DNA of 63,083 nucleotides, the filler included, from Folioceros fuciformis (lineage: Eukaryota): assembly GCA_049999805.1 (NCBI GenBank). It is 25 parts of 25 records of this genome, joined end to end, with 100 filler letters (N's around TTAATTAATTAA, not from the genome) between each part and the next. Parts side by side here need not be neighbours in the genome. Positions count along the whole stretch, not along the records: positions 24,744 to 27,243 come from JBNGIO010000680.1; positions 27,344 to 28,424 come from JBNGIO010000681.1; positions 28,525 to 30,824 come from JBNGIO010000682.1; positions 30,925 to 33,821 come from JBNGIO010000683.1; positions 33,922 to 37,300 come from JBNGIO010000684.1; 20 more parts are not named here. One strand, written 5' to 3'. Below are positions 24,744 to 37,400 of the stretch, piece after piece. Below the pieces are notes generated by a model. That model saw nothing but the letters and a program-made list of their open reading frames with translations. It was not told the origin of the DNA and did not search any database. Numbering within the stretch: the first letter of the stretch is position 1; the number at the start of each line of letters is the position of its first letter. Both the position numbers and the translations under genes were made by a program.

Positions 24744-26996
24744 GACAGACAATGGGGGAGAGTATGTTTCAAAGGCTTTCCAGTCATTCTGTGATTCCAA
24801 GGGAATCAAGAGAGAGTTGACTACGCTGTATACTCCTCCCTAAAATGGTGTGGCTGAACAGATGAAGAGGGCCATCCAGGAGAGGATGCGTAGTTTGTTG
24901 TCGAACTCTGGATTGCCTAACGGATTTTGGGCAGAAGCAGTGGTTACTGCATTGCATCTTATGAATAGATCTCTTAATAGGGCTATGGATGAACAGGTTC
25001 CGGAGGAGATGTGGTCTAGAAAGAAGCCATGATACAAGCATCTACAAGTGTTTGGCTGCGAGGCGTACTACCATGTTCCTAAGGAGTTTCGGGACAAGTT
25101 GGCTCCTAAGTCAAGAAAATGTATTTTTCTTGGCTATGGTGAATTTGGTGAGATGGGATACTATTTGTGGGATCCAGAGGCCAAGAGGATGGTTCGCAGC
25201 AATGACGTGTTCTTCAATGAAACCAAGATGCACAAGAAGCCTACTCCAACTGTGGAGGTGCGACGGGTGGTCTTCGGGACGTCGTGATGTGCAAGAACAA
25301 GTTCCTCCACTTGTAGAAGAGAGAGTGCAACCAGCTCCGGTCGAGGCGCCAATGCTTCGTAGGTCAGGAAGGATTTCATGTCCTCTTGACAGGTATGTTG
25401 CATCTCTTGATTATGTCATGCTGACGGATTGTGGGGAGCCCTCTTGTTATCAAGAGGCAATGTCAATGACTAACAAGGACAAGTGGGAGAAGGCGATGCA
25501 GTCGCACATGGATTCGCTCCATCAAAATCAAACTTGGGAGTTGGTTTGGTTGCCTAGGAACAAGAAGCCGTTGCCATGCAAATGGGTGTATAAGATGAAG
25601 GACATACCCCATTATAGCAAACCCAAGTACAAGGCGCGATTGGTTGCTAAGGGTTTTAAGCAGTAGCAAGGTATTGACTTTGATGAGATTTTCTCACCAA
25701 TTGTCAAAATGACCACCTTGCGATGTGTTGGTCTGGTTGCGAGGCACAACATGGAACTTGTCCAGATGGATGTGAAGTCGGCATTTCTACATGGTGATCT
25801 CTAGGAAGAGGTATACATGCAACAACCAGAGGGTTTCATTGAGAAGGGCAAAGAGAATATGGTGTGCAGGTTAAAGAAGAGCCTTTATGGTTTGAAGCAG
25901 GCACCTAGGGAGTGGTATTTCAAGTTCCACTCATTTATGCTTTCTCAAGGATACAAGAGTAGTAATGAGGACCATTGCCTCTATATGAAGCAAGCAAAGG
26001 ATGGAAGCTTGCTCATTCTGGTCCTCTATGTGGATGATATGCTAATTGCTGGGACTAACAGTGATGAGATTTCAGCATTGAAGTCAAAGTTGAATGCTCG
26101 CTTTGACATAATAGACTCGGGAGAGGTAAGCCATATTCTTGGCATGCGTATTTATCGGGACAGACAGAAGCGTTTGCTTTACTTGTCTCAGACTGAGTAC
26201 ATTAACAAGGTGCTTCAACATTTCAATATGGAGAAGGGGAAGGTATTGAGTACTCCGTTGCCTCCACATGTGAAACTGTCGAGCAAGGATTGCCCAAGTT
26301 CTGCAGAGGACAAAGCTGAAATGGAGAAGGTTCCATATTCATCAGCTGTAGGGAGTTTGATGTATGCAATGATTGCTACACGTCCTGACATTGCTTTTGC
26401 AGTGGGAGTGGTTAGCAGGTTTATATCAAACCCAAGCAGGAAGCATTGGGAGGCAGTGAAAGGAGTTATGAGGTATTTGAATGGTACGAAAGCTTTGTGC
26501 TTATGTTTTGGTAGTGAAGATGCATCTATCGTGGGATATACAGATGCTGATTATGCGGGAGATATGGACAACAGGAGGTCCACATCATGTTATGTCTTCA
26601 TGTGCACTAGAGGGGCACCATCACGTTATGTCATGGTGATCTCGTTTGCAATCGTGCATAACGCTATGTACCACAGAGGTCGAGTATGTTGCAGCGATTG
26701 AGGCGTGCAAGGAAGCCATGTGGCTTGCTCGTTTAGTAGGAGATTTGGGGATCAAGGTTGAGCTGCCAGTGTTGCATTGTGATAGCTAGAGTGCTATTCA
26801 ATTGGCAAAGAATCCAATGTTTAATGCGAAGGCCAAACATGTGAAAGTGAAGTATCACTTTATTCGAGAGGTGTTGGCAGACAAGAAGGTACAGCTTGTC
26901 AAAGTTCACACCGGTCAGAACCTTGCAGATGTTCTTACCAAGGGGCTCTCTTCGGAGCAATTTGCACAAGCTCGGACACTCATGGGCATGAGGTAG
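24744..26996 (+). pseudogene. Copia family A pol (integrase-RT-RNase H), Tnt1-like
   Basis: TDNGGEY, KARLVAKG, QMDVK, SLYGLKQ, LYVDDML, YTDADYAGD, KHVKVKYHFIRE. Confidence 0.96.
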
Positions 26997-27027
26997 ACCA
27001 CTCTCCTATGAAGGTAAATTGGCCTTT

Positions 27028-27243
27028 AAGTGGGAGGTTGTAGGGTCAATAAAGCCCAATGTGCTTAGACTAATGTGTTTAGTCTAAGATTAGTGTCTAG
27101 TTAAGTATCATTACTTTAGTTTAGCTTAAGCTAATTTGTAGGAAGCTTCTTGCGCAGCTTCCTGTGCGATTCTTGTGAAGCTTCCTAGGGAGCTCTTCTA
27201 GAGGTTATAAATACCCCCTTGAGCTCCCTTACATATTGAGACT
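27028..27243 (+). mobile_element. PPT (AAGTGGGAGG) + 3' LTR of copia family A (from 27039, truncated)
   Basis: Follows the RNase H stop; same LTR as 10464. Confidence 0.92.
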
Positions 27244-27343
27244 NNNNNNNNNNNNNNNNNNNNNNNNNNNNNNNNNNNNNNNNNNNNTTAATTAATTAAN
27301 NNNNNNNNNNNNNNNNNNNNNNNNNNNNNNNNNNNNNNNNNNN

Positions 27344-28157
27344 GAAAGACTATGTTATCCTGGTTCAATATAACCATAGTCTGCAAGAGATTGTTGAATT
27401 TCTAGCAGAAAGAGAAGTGCCTTATGTCCGTGGTAATGTTCTAGAGTATCTAGTAAGACTTCGTGATTTTGCAGATCCTGTCTGGTTTCACTTCAAGATG
27501 TGCAACAAGGATCATGGATGATCTCACGTTATACTGCAGGTCATTGAGGACAATGACATCTTCCTAGTGGGGAAGAGAGTAATGGCATAAGTGAAATAAG
27601 GTGAAAGTTAAAAGTAGAAAGGTGAAAGCTAAATCTAGAGCTGTCTTGATGAAGAAGCTTCTTACTGCCTTTGGAAACAAAATGTGTGTTCCAGGCAAAA
27701 CCTCCTAAGAAGGATGGAGTTGTAATGACACTAGTATTCTAGGATGAGTGGTGTGTATCATTCCCAGTTTTAGCAGTGGCTTAGCTGTGGAGTATAAATA
27801 GGCCAGTGTTAGGGTCTTAAGGATACGGTGATACACTGATACAAAAAGAGGCAGACAGTGAGAAGTCTAGCCTGGAGGCATAGCTGTGGAGGGCTTGAAG
27901 AGCAAGCTTGTCAGATAGAGTCGAGGGCAGTAGCCAGTGGGGCGTAGATCGCCAGACTCTTTGTAAGTATCTGGAATAAAGAGCAGCACCTAGAGGAGGT
28001 GGTCTGCGAGTCGTCAGTGGACGGCGGGCTACTTGGAGCCTAGTGCTGAGTCGTGTGAGAGGGAGTGAGTGAATTGCAAGTGGAGCGCTGCGGAGTGTTT
28101 AGACGAGATTCGAGGCCGTTGCTTCCTTTTACGCTGCGTAAGGAAGGGGGCGTTACT
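27344..28157 (+). mobile_element. 3' end of a chromovirus-like gypsy: chromodomain-like remnant, PPT, 3' LTR ~27721-28157
   Basis: EIVEFLAERE..LEYLVRL; AAGAAGGATGGAG then TGTAA..GGGGCGTTAC; TATAAATA inside. Confidence 0.62.
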
Positions 28158-28193
28158 TATGCAATGAACATTAAGGAATTATGAGACGGTGAT

Positions 28194-28424
28194 GGGATGG
28201 TGGGAATTCCCATTGCCGACTCTAAATCACTTGGGAACGGTGGGAATTCCTGTGGAGAGGATGGTGGGGATTCCTGTCGCCCACTCTGAATCCCTTCATT
28301 CCCGCCGCCGTCTGAGGATCCCTTCATTCCCGCCGCACTGCCTTCATCCTTCGATTCTCGCTGCTCTATCATTCCCGTCGCCCTCCCTTAATCCCTTACT
28401 CCCGCTGTCCCGATCCCTTTACTC
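28194..28424. repeat. Two adjacent degenerate short repeat sets (GGTGGGAATTCC x3; ATCCCTTCATTCCCGCCG x4-5)
   Basis: Visible imperfect repeats. Confidence 0.65.
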
Positions 28425-28524
28425 NNNNNNNNNNNNNNNNNNNNNNNNNNNNNNNNNNNNNNNNNNNNTTAATTAATTAANNNNNNNNNNNNNNNNNNNN
28501 NNNNNNNNNNNNNNNNNNNNNNNN

Positions 28525-30824
28525 TACACTGGCAGAGGAGGAAGAAGGGGCCGTGGTGGCCGTTTCCCAACAAGACCACCATCTCAAGGCAGAGGCAAGA
28601 CGATTGAAGGTCAAACTCCGCCGAATCCCAACCATAGGAAACTCACTTGCAACTGGTGCCGCATCCTAGGCCACATTGAGGCCGATTGCCGGAAGAAGAA
28701 AGCCGGGGAGCCAAGGAAAACTCCAGAGGCTCATGTGGCTGCCCGGGCCAAGCCAACAAATTCAAATGCCATCCTTACAGTGTGCCTCGCACACACCAAG
28801 GCTGATCACAATTATTGGTTTGTCGATTCAGGTGCCTCAGCGCACATATGCTACATGAGGGATGGCTTCATCACATACAACAGCTATGCACCTGGACAGT
28901 TTGTTTTACTTGGCGATGAGAGTGGCCTTGCCGTTGCCGGCTGTGGCAGTGTTCAAATCCAGCTGCAGGATGGATCAACTCGCCTCCTTCACCAAGTGTT
29001 ACATGTCCCACAGATGTGTAAAAACTTATTGTCAGTTCGGCATCTTTGCAAGGATTGGATGGTCAACATTTCATTTAGTGAAGACCATTGTGAGTTGCGG
29101 GAGACACACACAGGACACCTCCTGGCCCTTGGTACCTTGAAGGCTGATTTGTACAAGTTGGACTGCACTACATCACCTGCTAGCAATCCACAAGCCAACT
29201 CGACGTCCCAAGTCCTGCTGGCCAAGCGTCTTCCACACAATGATCCTCAGCTCTTATGGCACTCAAGGCTTGCACATCCGAATTTCACGAAGATGAAACG
29301 GATGACAGAGCAGGAGCTCTATCGTGAGAAGCTCGACTGGACCGTCACTGACACACATGTGCTATGTGGTGCCTGCATCCACAGTAAGATGGTCAAGAGG
29401 AAGCCCAAGAAGGGTGAGCATGATCGTGCTTTTGATTTATTGGAAATGGTCCATACTGATCTTTGTGGCCCCATGTCAACACCATCTCTTGGTGGTTCCC
29501 TTTATTTTATGGCTGTAGTTGATGATTACAGTAGATATACCATCACCTACTTCCTACGCCACAAGAGTGAAGCTTTAGAAATGTTCAAACAGTATGTTGA
29601 CTTCTCTCAAAGACAGACTGGGAAGACCCTCAAAGTGCTCAGGACCGATAATGGAGGCGAATTTGTAAGCGGCGATTTTCAGTCTTATTGCCGCTCTCTT
29701 GGCATTGCTCGCCAACTCACCTCCTCCCATACCTCCAGCCAGAACCCTTTGGCAGAGGCTAAAAATAGATATCTTCAAGAAGCAGCCAAGGCCATGCTAT
29801 ATCAATCTGGTTTATCCAAGCACTATTGGGCAGATGCAGTACAAACTGCAACATATATACAAAATCGCTTGCCAACCTCTTCATTCACAGGAGCTACCCC
29901 ATTTGAGCGATGGACCGGCCGCAGACCATCCATCTCACATCTGAAAATCTTTGGCAGCCATGTGTATATGCACATTCCAAGGACCCAAAGGCGGAAGCTA
30001 GATTACCAGGCCCGTACCATGACCTTCATTGGGTACACGGAGGGCATCAAAGGGTATAAGGTGTATGACACTAGCTCGGGCTATGTCACTCACACTCGTG
30101 CTGGTATATTTGATGAACACAGCTTGTTGGCTGCGGCTTGTGCCCGAGAGGGGGGGAGCCCAGATGTGATGAGTGACTCTCCGGCTGCTGAACTCCATAG
30201 TGATAGTGATTCTGACATTGAGCAGATAATTCCAAATGTGATTCAGCCACGAGCAGCTCTGCCACAAGCCTCAAGCCACACCTCAGCTTCAGGCTCAAAT
30301 CCAGCACCACAAGATGCATTTGAGGCCAACACAAATGAGGGTGAAGCTGATACAAATGTGCCAACACCACCTGCTCCGCTTAGGAGGTCAGCGAGACACC
30401 ATACAAGCTCTCCTTTGGAATGGAAAGAAGTGCCACTTGCCATGGAAGGGCACCTACGACTGGATGCAAACACGAATGCCATGCTGGCTCAAATACTTGT
30501 AGCAGCCCAAGACCTTGGTGAACCAGCATCCTACAAAGAGGCCATCGACTCACCGGAGAAGGAGCAATGGCAAGCAGCGATACAATCAGAGTATGATTCT
30601 CTCATAGAGAACGAGACATGGGAACTGGTTGATTTACCTCATGGAAGGAACCCAATTTCAAATAAATGGGTGTTCAAAAGGAAGCTCAACCCTGATGGCA
30701 CCACGGCTAGATTCAAGGCTAGACTAGTAGTGCGTGGGTTCTCCCAAAGAGAAGGGATAGACTACAATGAGACCTTCTCCCCCGTTGTACGTGCGTCATC
30801 CTTAAGGACACTCATGGCCATTGC
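28525..30824 (+). CDS. Copia gag-end/protease/integrase/RT start, uninterrupted frame (KKKAGEP lineage)
   Basis: CNWCRILGHIEADC, WFVDSGAS, HTDLCGP, RTDNGGEF, FKARLVVRG; over 700 codons without a stop. Confidence 0.96.
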
Positions 30825-30956
30825 NNNNNNNNNNNNNNNNNNNNNNNNNNNNNNNNNNNNNNNNNNNNTTAATTAATTAANNNNNNNNNNNNNNNNNNNN
30901 NNNNNNNNNNNNNNNNNNNNNNNNCTTATGGCCTTGTTAACCTAATTCTTTTGTTC

Positions 30957-33323
30957 TTAATTACAAGCTTCCGCTCTCGCTACACTTTCTAACAGATCAT
31001 CTTGCTCCACATCTAGTGCATCCTCAAGTTCAGGTAATTCAGTAATAGACTCTCCATCCAAACTAGGGTATTCCACATAAGGAAAGTGTTGAAGTTCAGT
31101 TGCTAAACTAACAGGAGTGAAATTGTCTTCAGCAGGCACAGATAAAGATTCTGAATTGACCCCTATTGAAGCAAGCTGGTCTAAAGCAAGACTTGAACGA
31201 GGAGAGATAGGTTCATCAAACACCACACTCCTCGCCAGCACCACTCTCTGGGTAGGTGAATCAAGCAACCTGTAAGCTTTGGAAGTTTCTGAATATCCTA
31301 GAAAAATATATGGTTTTGCTCTATCATCAAGCTTACGAGGACGTGGCTTAGGGACATATGCATATGCTAGAGAACCAAAGACCCTTGATGCCAAGATGCC
31401 TTGTGATTGGAACAGATCATCATATCTTTGGCCTGAAAACTCCCCACCATGATCCGTTCGAAGACATTTAATGAGGTTTCCAGTCTGTCTTTGAACCAAG
31501 GAAATCTAGGACTCTATACACTCAAAGGCATCACTCTTAAGCTTGATTGGAAAGACCCAAGTATATCGAGAGAAGTCATCAGTCAAGGTAAGGTAATATT
31601 TAGCACCACCCAAGGACCTGACTTGAAGCTTTCCAGCAAGGTCAGCATGAACAAGTTCCAAGACTAACGTTGCCCTTTGTGCTTGCTTGTTCTTAAAGTG
31701 TAGCTCCTTCTGCTTAGAAAGAACACAAGAGCTACACACTGGTAGATTCTTAAAACAGGCAGGTAGTTTCTCCCTGAAGCTATTCAAAGAGGCCATCAAG
31801 TTGAGCTTTTCCTTGTTGACATGTCCTAACCTGGCATGCCACAGATTTGCTTCGGAGGAAGATGACAAGGCATACACCAAGGGGGAAGTAGGACTGACAT
31901 GCAACCTATACAAGTCATCCACAAGCTCTCCTCGTGCTATGCAAAGTCCAGGAGTGGACAGTCTGTACATGCAGCAACTGCCCTGTTCAAAGGTAAAGCC
32001 ATAGCAGCCTGATTTCGTAGCTGCTCTAACAGATAGTAGGTTCTTAGACATAGCAGGTATGTACAAAACACCTTCAAGCTGTATATCCTCACCTTTCAGC
32101 AATGAAATGGTAACTGTTCCTGAACCCTTTATAGCTACACCTCTTGCATCCCCCACATACACTAACTGAGGTGATGTTTGTGATGTGAAGGTGGAGACCA
32201 GACTCTGATTATTGCACACATGTGATGTAGCACCAGAGACTATGAACCAAGCAGAAGAGGAATCACTGGTGGATGTGAAGCAGACTGTAAGAATAGTAGA
32301 GCTGCTCTTACGAGAAGAGGTTGCAGAGCCCTTGTCCTTTGCAGTGACATGAACCTCTGACTGAACCTCCTTCTTTGGCTCTCCAGCTTTCTTTTTACGA
32401 CAGTCTCTCTCCCAATGACCAGGCAGCTGACACCAATGACAATTTCCTTGTCTCTTGGTAAGTGAAGCTCCTGTACCATCAGGTATCTTCTTACCCTTGC
32501 TCTTCATAAATGGTTTCCCTCTGGCAGCAAATAACACCTTCTCACTCCTGGCTTTTTGATGTTGTCTCCCAAGTCTATGGCGGGACTGTTCTTCTTGAAA
32601 GAGTGCACCAGTAAGCTCGCTAAATGTAAGTGTTTGTGTCTGCCCAGCGGAGATTGCAGCCACAGAAAATCTCAAGGCGGCATTCTGGGTTGAAACAAAA
32701 CTCTAATAGGAGGAAGGAAGGCTGGACAGCAGCTGAGCAACCACCTAGTTCTCCATAAGTACACTGCCCAGTGAAGCTAATTGAGCTCTTAACACCCTGA
32801 AGCGACTGATATGTATAGCAACATAATCACCTTCCTTCATCCTCAAAGAGTGGAATTCATTCCTAGCAGCAACCAGAGTAAGGATGTTCTGCACCTGATA
32901 AGTTTCTTTGAGTTGATTCCACACTGCTGCTGCAGACTCTAAGTATTCAACTTCTATCACCGTGGCTTCATCCAGGCCAGATAGAAGAATAGCAAAAGCA
33001 ATTTTGTTGCCGTTCTTCCACATAGCAATCTCATCAGCAGTTGGTTGAACTGGGGTTGATGCTGGAGTCTTGCGAGGATCAAGTAGAGTACCATTAACGT
33101 ACTCCCACACATTCTGCGCATCCAAGTAGGCCTTCATCCGACCTCGCCAACCCTCATATTTGGTTGGTTTTCCATCAAACCGATCTTTTTCTTTGAACTC
33201 TCCTCCATAGCCACCAGGAACATTAGTAGGAACAAAAGACAACATAGACGTATTAGCCATGACTGCAGCTAATTGAGGTTGTGATAACTGAATTGCCGCT
33301 GTGACTTGTGAAGGACTGGACAA
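30957..33323 (-). pseudogene. Copia gag-protease-integrase with an internal integrase deletion (KKKAGEP lineage)
   Basis: WRGRMKAYL, CHWCQLPGHWERDC, LWHARLGH, HADLAG, RTDHGGEF joined almost directly to RVFGS. Confidence 0.93.
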
Positions 33324-33921
33324 AAAGCCTACATCGTCAACATAGTCTTATGCTAAGACTAGACGGGCTAACGACTCAGACAAGGAATCAAGATCTAAGT
33401 CATCCTCATCCATCCAACAAGCACAGAGGCAGAAACATCCACCAACAACCACACCAGGTAAGACTTTCTCCACTGTTCCATGTTAAGTTTCAACCGGCAA
33501 TGTCAAGAGCCAGCAGAAAAAAAACAACTTAAACTAGCGAAATGACAAGCCAGTCTACAGACATGAACTGGTAACATAACTGTTTGTCCCTGTCCATTCA
33601 GCTACAGACATTCCAGGCACCGAAATGACACCAGCCGCACTCGCGCCTGTCCAAATTTGCACCGAATTTTTCACAGCAGAGGCTTGTCGCAGTGACGCCT
33701 GGGCATGGGCGCATGTGATACAGGATGCGCCTCGCCAAATCCTCGCAACAGGCAGGAGCAGTCTCGAATTACTAATGAAGGTTGAACCAAGGTGCTATCT
33801 TCACCAAAATCTTCAATCAATNNNNNNNNNNNNNNNNNNNNNNNNNNNNNNNNNNNNNNNNNNNNTTAATTAATTAANNNNNNNNNNNNNNNNNNNNNNN
33901 NNNNNNNNNNNNNNNNNNNNN

Positions 33922-34745
33922 AGCTTTTGCAGCGGTTTAACATGGCTGATGCTCGCCCCGTTTCTACCCCTATTTCAACAGGTGAAAAACTCTCTAAGGA
34001 GCAATGCCCATCATCACAAGCAGAGAAGGATTTGATGGCAACACGTCCTTATAGACAAGCAGTGGGTAGTTTGCTTTATCTTGCTGCTTGGACACGCTTG
34101 GATATTTCTAGGGCTGTTAATAGTGTATCCCAATTCTTAGAGAACCCAGGGGAAGCCCATTGGACGGCAGTTAAAAGGATTTTTAGGTACCTCAAGGGAA
34201 CTTCTAGTTTAGGACTTACCTATACTAAGCAGCCTAATGGTTTGGTGCTCACTTCATACTGCGATGCCGACTGGGCTGGCGATCCAGATGGTAGAAGAAG
34301 TGTAGCAGCATACTGCAATCTACTAGGTGGGTCAGCCATCTCATGGTCTAGTAAGAAGCTGTCTACCATTTGCCTTTCATCTACTGAAGCAGAGTATGGA
34401 GCTTTGTCTCAAGCTGCTAGAGAGGTAATATGGATACGCTCTTTTTTTAGAGGAATTCAACAGTTACCAGCAGGGGCTACAACTATGTGGTGCGATAATC
34501 AATCAGCAATTGCACTTTCTAAGAATCCGGTATTTCATGCGAGGTCAAAGCATATTGAAATAACGCATCATTTTATTAGACAAGCTGCTGATACAGGCGA
34601 GGTTGAGGTTCACTATATTCCAACAGGTGACAATATAGCGGATCTTTTGACCAAGCCACTCCCAAAAGTTTCTCATGGCAAGCACTCCGCAGCAGCAGGT
34701 CTCAAGTCCATTACTGTAGTGACCAAAGTTGGTACTGCACACTAA
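33922..34745 (+). CDS. Copia RT C-terminus and RNase H
   Basis: YRQAVGSLLYL, YCDADWAGD, SSTEAEY, CDNQSAI, KHIEITHHFIR, ADLLTKPL. Confidence 0.95.
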
Positions 34746-34928
34746 AGTTACATGTTGATTAGCGCAGTGGATGAAGCTGCAATGTTTTGTGTTAATCGTG
34801 CGCTTTTCAGCAAGAACATCACCCTCTTTTGGAGTTTAAGAGGGAGCTAGTAGTATGTTTGAGATTTAGTGTTATGTTTTCACTAGTCTAGTTTGCATAT
34901 TTTATCCTTTATTCTGATTATTTCAACT

Positions 34929-35053
34929 AAGAGGGAGTAAAGGAAATTATGTTAGTTTAGGTTAGTAGTTTCATAATCAGTTAAAACTACTCTTTTAAAA
35001 TACTCATATATACTCTTTTTTATTCTTTTTTGATATAACGATAACTACCTTTG
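34929..35053 (+). mobile_element. PPT + putative very short 3' LTR (34938-35053) with non-TG/CA ends
   Basis: AAGAGGGAG followed by TAAAGGAAATTATG..GATAACTACCTTTG imperfect inverted termini. Confidence 0.45.
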
Positions 35054-35350
35054 CCCTTCGTGCCTCGTGCGCTCTCGCTCCCGTGCTCTCTCTCCCACAA
35101 TCCACACAATGCGAAATCACGCGCTCTTGCGCCTGTCGCGGCTTCCTACGCCGCCTACGTCGCTGCGCCTCCTGCGTCTCTCTCCCTCTTGCGCCTCTCG
35201 TGCGCTCTTGCGCCTGTTGCGGCTTCCTACGCCGCCTACGCCGTTGCGCCTCCTGTGCCTCTCAATGGCTTGCGTTGCCAGCCACCTTCACGCTCACGGC
35301 CATAGCCTCAAACCCCCGCCATTGCCACCCGTGGCACCGGCACTCTCTCT

Positions 35351-35635
35351 CTGGCTCTGATACCATGTTGAAATAGCACCACAGGCTTAGAAGGACTCCA
35401 CAGTTCCTTACTTATGGGTCACATGATGCTACATATATAGCCTTCAGGCGGGGCAACCCTCGATAAGGTAAGCCTTAGTCTCGAGGGTGCAATATCCTAG
35501 TATATCCTAGTATATCCTGATATATCCTGATAACACTTAGGTGATAGATAACTACGAGTTCAATATGGGATAATTTACACTATCCTAAGTGTTGTATGCT
35601 CTAATAACAATTCAGTTAGAGCTTGATTTCTAATA
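35351..35635 (-). mobile_element. Copia 5' LTR (~35366-35635) + tRNA-iMet PBS (35351-35365)
   Basis: CTGGCTCTGATACCA abutting TGTTGAAAT; 10-bp TATATCCTRR x4 repeat; duplicated unit in the 5' UTR at ~35122-35250. Confidence 0.82.
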
Positions 35636-35725
35636 GACATCCCTCCTCTGAACACCATCCCAAGTCCTCACCCACCGCCCTTAAGGGATCTCCAGACTCC
35701 AGCCCCTGGCAGCGCACTAGCAACT

Positions 35726-35990
35726 TTTGCCACTGCGATGAGATTTCGCTTAGGTTTGGCCCACCCCATGGCTTTTTCTCTCTCTACATGTAGTTGTGGG
35801 GTTGCCATTGTTGGTACAGGGTCCCATCTGGCACATTGTCCCGTTGGGGGGCATCACATTGCCACCCATGATGTAGCTCGAGATATCATGTTCTCAATGG
35901 CTAGGGAGTGTGGGTCTTTTCCCTATAGGGAGCGTCCATATACTTTGCACAATGGGGTTTCACTTAGAGCCGACCTTTTTCTCGCTAGCT
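35726..35990 (+). pseudogene. CRE-like (restriction-like endonuclease) non-LTR retrotransposon fragment
   Basis: RFRLGL..CSCG..H..HC..GG..HDVARD..E..RADL: zinc motif leading into the RLE start. Confidence 0.68.
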
Positions 35991-37400
35991 TTTTCGACAA
36001 CGTGTACCCATTGCTTTACAAAGAGCATTGACCAACGTAGTTTTTAGGATAGCAATAATCGCAGGTCAAGCGGCTTCTTCGGCATCAATGGTAGGTAGAC
36101 CTTTTGTTATTCCACATTAGGACATTTTGGGAGCAGTAATTAGCTTTTGAGAATGATATTCAAAGGGGCTAATAACCCTTTTGGCATTTGGTCTTGCTTG
36201 GGTTGTTCCTCCAATCTTTGGAGTAGATGGGACTTTTGGGGGTTTAGGGTATCTTTTTTAACAATAGAAAATGTATTGTTAGAAGTGACATCACACAACA
36301 CTTCAATATTTTTCATAATTTGTACACGGTCATAGAATTCTAAGACTGCATGTTCAAAAATGTTGTCCCCTCGACTAGAGTGGTAGCAAAAAGGGAGGGA
36401 AGGCAGCCATAAGAGCTAGGAGCAATGAAGTAACGTGCATGGCAATATTTTCTCCTTGCTTCATTAAACGCATCAACACAAGTGCTTCATTTTTTTTTAA
36501 TGGCCATATAATGCATTACATAAATCAAATTCTAGAAAATGTAGCTCAACTAGAAATCAATTGCTATGTATTAAAGCGAGTACTACTTAAATGCGCTAGA
36601 CCTTTAGGGCTTAGGCATTAGCGAGAAAGCTTGAGTTGCATATTGCATACAAGGCACATTACTTGTGCTAGTGGCACTATCTTCTTCTTAACTAGCTATT
36701 GGCACTATCTTCTTCTTTAACTAGCTTCTAGCATGATGAAAGAGAAATAAGAGAACTTGCACGATGGCCAACTATCGGTTGGATGTTAAGTTGATGCTAT
36801 CACAAGAGACATGAAGACACATAATTGTCCATGCATCTTTTTATTCACATAAAGCATTTCTTCAGTCCAACCATAATATAATATATACCAAATTAACCAC
36901 TGCCCATAATCTAATGTAATGTAATCTAATCTAATGACATGCTCGCTACATCTCCACAACTTTCTACATAAGGATCTCCATAGCTCCGGATGCAATGATA
37001 AGCTCTCTACTCCCCTCAAGGTAAGAGCTACTGTTGTTGATGCAATCATATGCTCACCGAGTTAAACTTTCTACATACCTCAAGGTAGGGCTTGCAGCGC
37101 ACACAAGCTTGCCTGCCCGTTAGACGAGGAAATGAGTCTACGCTGAAAATCCTAACTCTTGGTCTTTTATAGCTTGCCTCCATAAGACAGCGCCCCAGCA
37201 GCCCTATGTAAGTGGTTGTTGCAGTTCTCATTTAGAAGAATGCATGAAGCAGCGCATTCATCTTCTCCACAAAATACAGGAGCTGATACATCAATTTCCA
37301 NNNNNNNNNNNNNNNNNNNNNNNNNNNNNNNNNNNNNNNNNNNNTTAATTAATTAANNNNNNNNNNNNNNNNNNNNNNNNNNNNNNNNNNNNNNNNNNNN

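Noticed and set aside
36032-37300. Possible SWIM-finger/MULE remnant on the minus strand (TCVDAF..YCHARYF)
   Set aside because: Too degenerate; no transposase motif to support it
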